A stretch of DNA of 49,158 nt from Girardia tigrina (Eukaryota). The notes under the pieces were generated by a model. That model worked only from the letters and a program-made list of their open reading frames with translations, did no database searches and was not told where the DNA came from. Shown here piece after piece: positions 12,921-25,380 of the stretch (positions within the stretch are counted from its first letter, which is position 1; every line of letters starts with the position of its first letter). The DNA is taken from the NCBI GenBank assembly GCA_001938485.1, contig MQRK01209772.1, positions 68,756-117,913 of the forward strand, in the 5' to 3' direction. A program made the position numbers and the translations under genes.

Positions 12921-13550
12921 AATACTTATTGGAGCGTAAATTAATCGGTTTGACCGAATATTTGTTATAAATAAATAAATAAATAATAAATGAAAATAAG
13001 TAATTAAATAAATTAAACGACTTTTCGTAAAAACATAATAACTAAATAAACAAATTTCAATAAAACAATCGCATGATTTGTTGACCTTTGTATTCGAGGC
13101 AGTTTTGTCAATTTGAATAGATTCGGTGAATGGTAATCACCAGATTTAAAAATTATGCAATATCTCTATATTTAACATGAATGTATGTATGAAATTTATG
13201 GTGTGGGTAAACATCAATCAATGTGTACGTAAATTGTTTTAAGAGTTCGATTGAATAATATGATTGCGAATATGTGTGCAAATTGCCTTTGGTGTGTGAG
13301 TGGATTCGTGAATGTTTGTTTTTGTTTTATAATGAAAATAATTGTTGACGGCATATTAATGTGTGTGCCGTCAAAAGTTCAATTCAATGTTATGTCAATC
13401 AATAACAAAAATTCTTTGTTAGAAAAATAAACATTGTCTCACAAAAAAGCCTTTTATATTTGTGTTTAAAAATTAGTCAAACGAAAATTTAATAAAGATA
13501 AAATGTATATTACTGGCATTTTAAATTGTATTTGACTTTATCATTGACAA
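12921..13550 (+). mobile_element. piggyBac-like terminal/leader segment, copy 1
   Basis: TTGGAGCG...TTTGACCGAATATTT, A-rich block, ATCTCTATATTTAACAT, AATATGATTGCG, TGCCTTTGGTGTGTG, TCTTTGTT; colinear with the reverse complement of 26930-27531; the TTAA|CCC terminus is decayed. Confidence 0.65.
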
Positions 13551-13892
13551 ATGAATTGCGGTTTCGGGACGAAGAGTATCCCAAAAGATTACACATTAAA
13601 AAATATACTCCAAGCGAATCTATCGAGCGACAAGTTCGATAGGTTCATTTATTATGATTCCTGTATCCTTGTGAAGTCCTCAAAAATGTTTGGCAAAATT
13701 ATTATTTCCGACGAATGTCTCAATTTCTATATGGGAAATATCAAGAAATTTTTGATTTTCTCTGAGTTTAAATTTAATGTGGTTTCCGTCTATTTAATTT
13801 ATCAAGAAATTATATTTCTGCAACAACAATCAGACATTCTTTTATCATCTCTGCATCATCAAGGAGTTTCTTTTTTGCCAATATTTGACTGA
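13551..13892 (+). pseudogene. C12orf56/DUF4551-like N-terminal fragment (113-aa ORF, intronless, truncated)
   Basis: LKNILQANLSSDKFDRFIYYDSCILVKSS...IIISDECL...NVVSVYLI...FL follows the pattern I recall for the C12orf56 N-terminus (LxxFLRRHL...YEPCIVVS...VVLSD...DVVAIDLI...FL); not database-verified. Confidence 0.5.
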
Positions 13893-14943
13893 TAACATAA
13901 CTAGCCTTTAATAATATATTTATAAAATAGCTTGATTGTTAAAAATAGTGTTGTTAAAAAATTTTTTTGTCCATTTCATTAATTTTGTATATCCAGAGTT
14001 GTCATGTTAAGTTTTTTTTACATTTTTATTCATGTTTTGCATTGTAATGCCTTTTTATTTAACATTATTTTAATGTCTACACAGTCTCTGAAAAAATTAA
14101 GCATACAGTTTTATCCTCAACGACAGTGAAAAATTAATCAAATTTAGACTTTTCTTTCAAATGCATGTGCTCATTCATAACCCTTCCTTTTTTGCTTGCT
14201 TTTCTGACATGCTATTATGAATTACAAATTTGAAAGTTAAAAAAAATTGTAGAATAACTTAGTTTTGAAAAAAAATTTCTAACATTATCTTTTTGACAAT
14301 AATATTGCACTTATGCCTTTCAAGAAACACAAGAATCGTTAAAATTGCTAGTTAAAAGCTTACCAATTTTACTGAAATTTAAATGTATATGTAAATCTAA
14401 ACTTAATCTAAATTTAAACTCTTAAAATTAGTACGTACTATCATTTGATTATAATTAATTTTGTAACAATATATTGATGGGAACAAGTAGATAAAATTAA
14501 TTCAATTTCAAAAATGATTCTCAAGCCGGCATTAAAATAATTTTGCAAAATAATAAAATCATTTTCTAAACAGTATATAAAAGATAAATAATTGTAAACA
14601 AAAGCTATATTATTTAAAAAACTTCTAACAGATATAGGAATAAAGAAAACGTTATTTAAAACACAAAAAATAGAGTTCGGTATGGTTTAAATAAGTTCCT
14701 TATTCGGTTTGAAATAATTTAAAAAAGCATATTTTGCTCGTTTATATTCAGGGAAATATAGGATTGAAACATTTAGTTCGTTGCTTTTTTTGTCAATAGT
14801 AATTGTAGATTGTTGTATTTAGTTGATAAGGATATTCTTGAATAGAAAAAATACAAAATTTATGACAATATCGTTTGATTGAGGAATTAAACGGAATTGA
14901 TTCCAGTAAGAAATCCAAATCTTATAATATAATTTGTTTTTTT

Positions 14944-15376
14944 CAGAGCAGTAGTGAGGGCGGTGCGAGCGGTGCGGCCGCACCGGGCGCATGGGCGCCA
15001 AAATCTGAAGGGGCGCTAAAATCGCAAAATGACCAATTTTAATTTTGTTTGCTTTTATTATATATTAAAGTTGAAAAGTTAATATCAAAATTTTGTTAGT
15101 TTTTGGTTATTATTTTATGCGCAATATAGCAACAACAATTTAAGTGATTTTGTATTATTTATTAATTATCTATAATCTATTTGGCAATCTATTTGGCTAA
15201 TCTATAATTTCATTGCAAGGCTTAAGCATCAATGCTGCGTCATAGAGCATGTGAATATCATGTTCGTATTCAATTTAATTCTTTTAAGGCATAATTTGTA
15301 GTAGTGAATCTTTTTCGCGCTGGGGCGCCAGATTTGAACTTCGAACAGGGCGCAATTTTTCTTTACTACGGCTCTG
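14944..15376. mobile_element. hAT (Tip100-like) MITE, 433 bp
   Basis: TIRs CAGAGCAGTAGT / ACTACGGCTCTG; GC-rich GGGCGC subterminal repeats; 8-bp flanks GTTTTTTT / TTTTTTTT. Confidence 0.85.
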
Positions 15377-17451
15377 TTTTTTTTGGTATCTTTAGTATTC
15401 TTATATCTTTAATAAACAGCAGCAGAATTCGTTATGATTAATAAGTTATGATTATTATTTATAATTTTTTAAAATTAATTTTAAAATTCCTATTGATTTT
15501 TTTATTTGAATTAATATAATTTTAGTATGATAATTATTTATAATATAAAATTTATTATTATTTATGTAAATTTATTTTTATATTTACTTTGATACCCTGA
15601 ACCAATTATTTGGTAGCTCAAAGCATTGCCTCCCAAATTCTACTGATTCAGAACAACTAACTAATGTTAGTTGAAAGTTATTAGGAACAATGACATATTT
15701 TTAAAAGTCATTTATTCTAATGATGACGCAGTTGAAAGTAATTAACAAAAACATTTTTATTCGTTTTGTAATATTGTAAAAAGTAGTACGTTAATTTATC
15801 ATGATTCATTGAAAAGTAAAGTCTTTGAATTAAATTTTCAAGAAATTAACCGTTTCAATTGTCTACGACATTATTTCACGTACTCTCTTCCTTAAAACAT
15901 TCCAAAGCATGATTTCAGTTGATCAGTGATCATTCTTGAGGATCTTCCTACTCATTTAGTTCTCAGTCCAGAAATGATTGCTTCATTTATTAACTTCAAA
16001 AATAATTACAAATAAAATATTTATTTTTTAATTAAAATTATATAAAAATTATTAATTCTTTTTATGATATCCATTTATAAATCATAAGAAAAATTCCATA
16101 AAAAATATTTACGAATTTTTCTTATATTTTAATATTTTTGTTTTTTATTTGACCAGTACAAGTGAACAAAAATAATCCAAAATAAAGATTTTAAAAAGAA
16201 AATGAAGTACAATTTTAGGTTTAAAAATTTTATCTCAAACCCCATATTTTCACGCAATGGCCCAGCTGGTCATCGACGCCACGCACTCCATTTACAGGGT
16301 ATAAAAGTTGGTGGGGTATCCTAAAAGTATTTCACACGAGAGACACAAACATTCCACAATGATAAAGAACGGGTAATGTGTGATTTTACTTACCCAAAAT
16401 GTCCATTTAGTGTAAAAAAATGCGAAAAAATACGGTATTCGTTTTGTCGATTCTAATAATCATTAATATAATTTCCTTTGATTTTATACAAAAAAAATCG
16501 TTTTTTATTTTCTAATCCAATTGAAGTAATTTCTTTCAGTGTTATTAAAAAATAACTCACTACAACTAGGGAATTCTTTTTAGAAACGGGAGAATACTGA
16601 TTCGAGCATTTATACTGAAAAAATGATCTTCTTCCTCTCCAAAATTGCCTTACATCCGAAAACAACCGATAGCCTCTATGAGCAATTAAAAATAGGTCGA
16701 TTATCATCATCATGATTCTCAACGACAAAGTATTAAAGAAAACTCGGGATATTTTTCTGTTGTGTTTCGGTGGCAATTTAGAATGATTCTCAATTGCTTT
16801 ATTTGATAATGGATTCATTTTACGTTTCTTTGGAATGCATTTTATGAGTTTCTCCATATAACGATATGTGGATGACCTATTGATATGTAATTGAGGAAAT
16901 TTGATTGAATTGATATTTAATAGATTTTCTGGAATTTCTCGAATAAATTTGAATCTTAAAATAAATAAAATTGATATAAAATTATAAAAAAAATCAACAT
17001 AAATTAATATAAAATTCATAAATTTCTTTTGCAAAAATAATCGAATATAAAAAGTACTATAAAAATAAATAACATTTTATAATTTTGTTTTCGTTCAGCT
17101 TTTATGACTTCTTTTATCGATTAAATAAATAAAAAAAACTAATCCGAACAATAATATTAATGATAATTTTATGTGAACAAAAAATCAAATTAAAAATTAT
17201 AAAAATAATTTGCATTTAATGAATATTTTTTTGCTATTAAAAATTCTATTTTCAACGCAAAAATTTTAAACCAATTAAAATTTTATTATAATTATTGATT
17301 ATTTAACGTTTCCTGGTCCAAAAAAATATTTACAAATTAAAATTTTTAAGAAAATTTTATTTTTAAATTAGTATTTTATTTATAATTATCGAAAAAAATA
17401 TCCTTTTTTATCCAAGATAGAAAATTTGAAATTATATGCTTATTTATAAAT

Positions 17452-17865
17452 TGTGAGGAATATTTGGAATGTTGATGTTTTATGTGTTGTTTGAATGTCA
17501 AAGTGGTTTGAAGGTCAAAGAAGATGGAAGAATTTTTATTAGAAATGTTGAATGGCTAAAGCCATATAAATCGAGGGGGATGTGAGGAATATTTTAAATG
17601 TTTTTTTATTGTGTTTTATTGTTGTATGTTGATTTATAATTGTGTCTCTCCTACCCAGATGGATGATTAATATTTGAATTCTTATTATTTAAAAATATGT
17701 AATATTTAAATTTATTTTTAAATTCAAATAATGGTAAAAATTTAAATAAGTTAATTAATTTTTACAATTTTTAATAATTAAATCAAATTAATATTTTTAA
17801 AATAATTAATAATCATTTTAATTTCTATCCAATAAGTTTTGAGTAAATATTTTAATATTTCCCCA
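17452..17865 (+). mobile_element. Internally deleted Gypsy element: 5' LTR stub, integrase C-terminus, PPT and 3' LTR (copy C, 17581-17865)
   Basis: TGTGAGGAATATTT at 17452 and 17581; the intervening DNA encodes LKVKEDGRIFIRNVEWLKPYKSRGM*; PPT GAGGGGGA abuts the second LTR; the LTR ends ATATTTCCCCA. Confidence 0.8.
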
Positions 17866-18139
17866 TTTGCTAAAAATAATAAGAATTAATTCATTAATCA
17901 ATTTAGTTTAGAATGCAATCGTACGAAAGCTTTGACAAAGATTGTCTTCAAGATAATCCAAATTGTTGTGTGAATTAAAATATGAAAAGTCAAATTGGTG
18001 TTCTTAAAAGTGAACATTTAGGTAGATTTTTAAGAAAACAGACAGAGAAGAGAAGCAATCAATAAGATAATTGTTGAAAAACTACAATATCATGAATTCT
18101 GTGAATAACAAAAAACACTTCTTGTATTGATATAACAGA

Positions 18140-19309
18140 ATGATCTTTGAAAGAAGTATGGAAGAACATTATGGCACCCTGTGGATATGGATGAAATAGT
18201 TGAAAAAATAGTGGAATTAGCGAAACAAACCAGTTTTGAGATAAATTCGGAAAACGTCGAAGAAATAGTTCAAGAAACAGCAGCTTATCTTTCTAAAAAC
18301 AAGCTCAAGGAATTAACTAAGCAAGAAGAAAACAAAAATATTGATAGTAGTTGTTGGGTTCGTTATCAATAATTGAAATCATTAGAACCCAAACATTATT
18401 TGTATTCCAATTAATGAGTATTCAAACAATTTTTGTAGAGGAACTTTTCTTTTGTTTTCTTTTCGACCAGATTGTTTATACGCCAGATTGTTAATACTGA
18501 ATTATAAATACTGATATGTTATTAAAATGATTATTTTTATAAATTGAATTTATTATTGTTTTAAATCACAAAAATTTTGCAGAATTACATTTTAATAAAG
18601 TTTAAAATCAACATAATGTAACTACAAATAATTTCTATACAATGTGGAAATTTTTATTATTTTATTAATAATTCGCAGTAATAATTTATTCCAATTTTAA
18701 GATATCAAATTTCGTAAAATGTTTTTAATTAATTTAAACGTCCTGGATTTTTTCATTTGATTTAATTTTTAAACTTGAATTAATTACCTTTTAATTTATT
18801 AAACTTTAAACTTACAGTTATTTGAATAATATTTTATATCAAACTTGTTCTGATTCCAACCTTTTTTAATTTTAATTTTAAACGTAAATTATGGACAAGT
18901 TCGTTGAAAATGATCCAAATTTTGACAGAAGTTTAAAAGCCAGATGGAATGTTATAGATGTTTTATCCACTTATCAAAAACTTCTAACAGAACGCAAAAG
19001 GAAAACGCCAACTACATTATATGCCTTCTTGACAAAAAGACTGTGTTTCCAGAAACACACTGAATGATTTGATAGACTTAGAAATTTATTTCTTTTTATT
19101 TATTTTTTTTTGGTTATATGGTTTTTATTTTGTAAGAAATAAATGTTTGGTTTTATTTTTATTAAAAAAACATAATTATTGAATTTAATATCTAACCAAT
19201 TTTCTATTTATCTTCCACGAATCTCATTATTTAAGTGTTAATTAAAGTTGTTTCGCATTATGCTCTACTCTGATGGAACATATCCCCGGCGTAAAACGGG
19301 GTCTTACTA
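18140..19309 (+). mobile_element. Tigger/pogo transposase C-terminal remnant with right TIR, interrupted by an AT-rich insertion (~18350-18885)
   Basis: EIVEKIVELAKQTSFEINSENVEEIVQ, then MDKFVENDPNFDRSLKARWNVIDVLSTYQKLLTERKRKTPTTLYAFL; TIR-like CGTAAAACGGGGTCTTACT at 19290-19308. Confidence 0.8.
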
Positions 19310-21229
19310 TAAAGATCCTTTTTGAAAACAGAAAAAAAGTTTGGAAAGTTCATTCGGCCGACTAACGAAAAAATTTGCCAACCCCTGTCTTAGATTATAG
19401 AGTTTTTTATAAATTTTTTTATATATAATATGAAATTAACTTATCATTCAATAAAATATTGAAGTTTAAAAAATACATATTTAAGTAATAAAAAAATTAA
19501 TTTCTTTGGCCAAATTTTATAGGGCACTCCTATTTTTGTCTAATCTCTTTTTCAACTGAATTTGAATAAAAGGCGTTTTGGCATTTGTCTTAGACAATAT
19601 AATTTCATTTAATTTCATATTTTTCTTATCATAAAATTTTACTTTAGATTTTAATTATTACTAAGTAATATAAAGTTAAAATACCACTAAAACAAAAAAG
19701 GATATATAAATGTTATTTTTTCATTCAATATTCATCATAGATTGTTATGAAGTTAAAATTAAAGGTACAATAGTTAAGGAATATTTAAATTATTATAAAA
19801 TTTGATGAACATAATCTTGATGCAGACAAAACATCTTTTGCGATTATGGATACGATAAGGATTACAATGATATAAGTCGTAGTTAAGACGTTTAGAAATG
19901 CAATTCCCGTTCTATTATCTATTGAATGAATATATTTGTTTGATTGAAATTCAAAATGAAATATATAAAATATTAAGGAAGAAATTACATAAATATGCAG
20001 CAAAAATTTAAAACCTCGAAATAAACACTTATGCATAAGTAATATTTTTATTAGTTCTTCATAGATGATATGTAATTTAATTAAAATTTTAATAGAATTC
20101 CTGTGTAAGGATAATAATATACAACCTATACAATTTTATATATTTCTGTCACATTAAAACATGTACAAAAATTTGTTTTCAGTTATATATAAAAAAATTG
20201 AAAACAAAATATATTTTCGAAATTTATGTTACAGTAAATAATAATTTATATTTTAATAATAATTTTTTAATTACTTAAATTATAATTAATTCTTATTTTA
20301 TATTTTAGAAAAATATGTTTTAAAATTCTTATTGTACATGTTTTAGAATTTTATATTATATCATCAGCAATAATAATTTAATATTTGTAAGCTTTAATGT
20401 TAGTTTTATAAAAAAGTTAGTGTTTTTAGGTAATGATTTTTTAAAATTTTTTTAATTATTAAAATAATAATGGATATTAATTTTAAATGTTGTTTAAATT
20501 TAATTAAAGATTTTAAGATTTGAAAGGGCTTTACTTTGTCAATTTTGAATGTTTATTAGGGGGTTGTTGTGTCGTATTAATAATGATTGGCATAACTGTC
20601 GCTCATATTGTGAATCAAAGCACTTCTATAAAACAGAAAACTTATACTTTGAATCAGAAGAGATTCTATTTTTACAATGTTACCAATAATCTATGTTTTT
20701 TTCTGTTTTATAATACTTTTTGTTTTTACTTTAAACTACTTTAACTAGTTTGACAGGTCGATTCTTTATTGCTCTTCAGTATTTCACCGAAATATCAAAC
20801 ATGTTTCAACAACATACGAAGATTCTTTTGAAGAAAAAACATTTTCCTAATAAAACTCCTAACAAAGAAAATAGGGATGTTTAAAATATTTTTTTTCTAT
20901 TCTTTACAAAATAGGACGATGAAGAATGACGAAGGGATTGTGGAACTGAGCACAATATTCGGAACTATTTTTATGATTTTCAATTAATAAATGTTTATGG
21001 AACGAGAAGTATTGAAAAAATATTGGTGATGAAAATGTTGAAGAGTCAAAATTTAAGATTTAGAAATTGAAATCGAAAAAAAAACGGTTGTAAATGTTAA
21101 TAAATTTCAAAGTGAAAAGTTAATTAACAATTTTAAATTCAATTTTTTCTTTTACTTTCATGCGCAAATATTTTTTACCAATCTTGACTATACCATTACA
21201 TTTATAAATATCTAAGTTGAAGCATTAGT

Positions 21230-21560
21230 TGGAGGACTTTTGGAATGTTTGAAACTTGGATTCGTCTTGCTTAAATATCTTTGAATTTCTGGTGTACAGG
21301 AACGCCTGAAACTTTTCTTCAATTATTTATTAGTAATCTGCTTCATTTACGGTAACACCTTTTGGTATAAACCATAATTCTGCGCTTCCTTGGACCGATA
21401 TAGTCCCAAATAATCTGCTAGGAGCGACTTATTTACATCTCAAATGAACTGAGTGTGAAAAACTCTGTCACAATTTTATTTTTGTGGAAAAGTTTGATAA
21501 TTCTGCTCAATTACGTTACTTCTTAATCAATTCTTTCGGTTGCACATTTATTTTTAATTC
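21230..21560 (-). mobile_element. Tc1-family transposase fragment
   Basis: Minus-strand translation GTISVQGSAELWFIPKGVTVNEADY**IIEEKFQAFLYTRNSKIFKQD, the typical Tc1 region between the first two catalytic residues. Confidence 0.7.
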
Positions 21561-23249
21561 TTTTTTATATACTTATTTTGTATAAATAGGAGGGAAAGTC
21601 ATTGTAGACAATAATAAATTCTTAAATAATATGAAAATTATAAATCAAAATTGCTATTATAAAAGTAATAATTATTTATTTATTATTTCTCATAAACATA
21701 ATAAATTATTATTAGTAAACATATCAAAAATTTGTGAATAATATAAAATAATTTAATTAATAAAATATTTATTACACTTAACTAATTATGAGATTATTAA
21801 TATGAGGTTAATTATGATGTTTAATTATACAAGATAAATTATTATATTAATATTAATTATATTTTAATACTGTTATATGATTATTAATGACTATTTGTTA
21901 ATTATAAGTTTACTTTCTAACAAAACGCCCATCAAATAACTTTATAATAATTTTAATAATTATTATACGATTTACACGAAATTTAAATAACGGAAATAAC
22001 TGTCACTATTTTCCCGTAAATCTGAATATGACGGTTACGGCTATTGTTTCAAAGGTTTTAGTCTTTGGTCAGTCGATTCCAACATTTTACTATCGAAGGT
22101 AAAACATATTAATATAATAAAATAAAAATTTATACTATTTGTATCCTTTTTATAGTTAAAAAATTCTAAATGACTTTTAGAGATGAAACATTTTTTTCCA
22201 TAAATGTGTAATTATCATAAAAATAATAATTAACTATCATTTAGGAATATGGAAGGAAACAAAATTTGTTTTAACCATTAAACTTTCATTTTTGCTTTTA
22301 TTTGTGTTTTAAAAATATAAATAATTGTTCATTTATTAAAAAAGAGACACTTAAATGAAAAGAGTACAAAAAAAATTAAAGTAATGTAATATTATTTTTA
22401 AATTCAATGAAATTTTTTATTATTTAAATATTTTAATGAAGTGAAATATGTCAATTATTTTATATGTTAAATTAAAATAGTGTCTAAAATGAAAAATATT
22501 TTTTAACTTTTTTCTTCTCTAATTTTTTTGTTTATTTTAATTACTTCATTATTTTTAACGTTTAAAAAAATTACTGTCATTAAATTCAAAATAAATACTT
22601 TAAATAAGCGTTAAATTTTTGCTATTTATGTTTGGATTTCTTAAAAATATTTTCGATTTCGTAAATAAAAAATTTGCATAAATTTTATTATCGTCACTTT
22701 GATTTTTTGCATTAAATAATATTAATAAATTAATTTAAAATTGTAACAAAGTTTTTTTATAAAAAATTCAAAATTTTAAAAGTAAAACTGGCAATAGAAA
22801 AATAGAACAAAACCCTAAATTTATTTATTAATATTTATTATTAATAATACATTATTGCTATAACTGTTTCTAAGAACCGGAGTCTTGTCTTTGAGACATT
22901 GATACATAAGTTATGTAATTTAAAATTTTTATATTTTCGTCGGATATTTTTATTAAATTATTTCACGACATTTGTAAATTTTGTCTGAATTTAATATATT
23001 TTATGATTTTTCTAAAATTATTTTTGAAAAATTATTATTAAATTATATATTTGTTTACAGTGGTCTACACAATTTTTGAAAATTAACAATTTAATTGATC
23101 TATATCTACTTTGATGCGTGGATCTCAAAAAATCTTCGTTTATAATCTTATTACATATTTTATTTAACAATAATTACATTTTACATAAATCAATAGCCAA
23201 TTTAAATTAAAAAATATATTTTAAAATTTATTTATTTAATTGGTAATGT

Positions 23250-24155
23250 TCCGCCTGACCCTCATGTTGCCCCGAGAATTGGACGGAGGCAGCAGGGTTA
23301 TGCAGTGGATTTTTCTCCCTTGAGTGATGGGTCCATATTGTGTTTATTGCGTTTAATTTCGGCACAAGAACGATTACTCATTGATCGAAGATTCCGTATT
23401 GAAACAGCGGTTGATTAACATCTAGACGATCTTGTCTATAGAATAACACTTGTTATTCCCCCAAGATTCATTTCACTGATTGAATCTTATATCTCAGAGA
23501 ATTCAGTAACTCAGTTCTCTCAACCGATATTTTAAATGGTTCATTTTTTTGACGCAAATTATTACATTGAATTTATTCAGATGTACCGAGCAGAGAATCT
23601 CGCATCCATCAGTGACTCCACAATCGATCAGTTTCTCGTCGTCCGTATCCAAAACATTATTTTTAAATAAAAGTCTCTGTTCAAACGGAGAGAATCCGCA
23701 AATATTTTCGAATTTTGATTTCAGTTGCAAGCAAGTCTGTCTGGCAAGGCTTTAATCACTGGCCAATTGGTTTCACAGCGAAAATCCAATGAAACTTGCC
23801 GAAACATTAATTTTGAATAATGGCAATGAAATCGGCGGAATTTTGAAAGATTTTCATCGCGGAAACCGATTTACCAACGATCGGAGTACTTAATTTCGAT
23901 TTCAAATATTTCTCTAAGAGAATCTGGTGCTCATTCACAAGATTCATATCGAATTTTTCGAAAACCTTTTTTCGGTGGTAAATTCGTCGAAAATTAAACT
24001 AATTCCAGTGATGATTCTCTAGGAAGAGATTCGCGTGCACCAATCGCTACTCTGAAAGGATATTTGAATTATTCTACCCAACAATTCTGTGTTTCGATTG
24101 CAACTGGCAAATGCAATCCTTCCTACAAGAAAACTTGGCCTTCGACTCATCATCA
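23250..24155 (-). pseudogene. Tandem two-ubiquitin-like-domain protein pseudogene with N-terminal extension
   Basis: UBL1 LQLKSKFENICGFSPFEQRLLFKNNVLDTDDEKLIDCGVTDGCEILCSV; after a frameshift in an A-run, UBL2 KNEPFKISVERTELLNSLRYKIQSVK*ILGE*QVLFYRQDRLDVNQPLFQYGIFDQ*VIVLVPKL. Confidence 0.75.
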
Positions 24156-25057
24156 AATTAAAAAGAAAGATTTTTTAGAAAAGTTTTATTTTCCTGAATC
24201 GATTTCAAAATTTTACAATACCTCGATTATTCAAACAAGCTAAAAAAATGATTTTTCAAACAAAATCACCGATTGTTTTTATATTGTTAAAAAATTAGTT
24301 TTTCTTCAAGTATACAAAATTTTTTACATTTCATTTTTTTCTCAATACGAGTTTTCATAACTCATTCATTCAGTGTTCCGATGATTTTGAGGGAATGTAA
24401 TTGTTATTTTAAAGATTTAGTAAAACCAAATTAGAAGAATAAATATTCGTTGATCCTGAAATTTATCAACTACTTAGATAGTAAGCTGAGGAAAAGTAAG
24501 ATGGATGCATGGGTTAAATTTAAGGCCCTCATGAAATATATTTTGGGATTACACAAGTTCTCAATTATTAAGATCGTTTTAAAAAAACGAATCTCAAAGT
24601 CTACTTGATGTACTTGAATATTTTCCATTCACGTCTATGATTATTGAGCGACGAAAACGAAAGGGCTTCATCAGAATGTCTCCAAAATAAATCTTATTAT
24701 TATGGGAAGTGATCAGTCTATCAAAGTCACCTTAATCTTTCTCCCGTCGATTAACGCTGGCAAATAAATTAGGTTAATTATTTGAAGTCCCCACCAGTAA
24801 AATTTTATGAAAAGTAGAATTATTACATTTGTCTAAGCATTTTTCCTTTCAAAACTATATTTTAATTTAGCTTCGTTCCTGAAATATGACCGAAAACAAA
24901 TATATCAAAAATTTTAAAAATTTACTATTTAATAAATATAATTAAAACAAATGTATTAATTATATAAACTATCATATATATAAAACTGTCATTTTTAATT
25001 CTCAATAAATATATAAAATCTTTAATTTTATTTTTAATTATAATCTATAAATAGTAT

Positions 25058-25380
25058 TGTGAGGAATATTTGGTGTGTTGATGTTTTGTGTAGTGTTTGC
25101 ATGTTTAAATGTTGTATGTTGATTTGGGATTGTGCCTCTCCTAACCAGATGGATTATCAATATTTAATTTCTTATAATCTGAAACTAATTTATTTAAATT
25201 TAGATTTAATATTCAAATTTTTAATTTTTATTATTGCAACTTTAAAATAAGTTTATTGATTTTATTTTTGTAAATTTTTAAATAATTAAAATCAAATAAT
25301 ATATAAATCACTTGTATTTATATTATATTTAAATCACTTGTTTTAATAATATTTATTAAAAAGAAATTTTTTAAAATTTA
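25058..25380 (+). mobile_element. Gypsy LTR family copy D
   Basis: TGTGAGGAATATTTGG start, motif GATTGTGCCTCTCCTAACCAGATGG, downstream similarity to copy C. Confidence 0.7.

Larger units (their letters stand above)
11163..19387 (-). mobile_element. Buster/SPIN-type (GTF2IRD2-like) hAT element swollen by nested insertions
   Basis: Ends CAGTGTTTTTCAAAT and ATTTGCCAACCCCTG (11/15 inverted match); identical 8-bp TSD TCTTAGAT at 11155-11162 and 19388-19395. Confidence 0.6.

Noticed and set aside
12586-12939. 117-aa plus-strand ORF
   Set aside because: Antisense to the hAT transposase relic.
19785-21100. Hydrophobic short ORFs and exon-like segments
   Set aside because: Composition is consistent with AT-rich background and I recognise no family motif.
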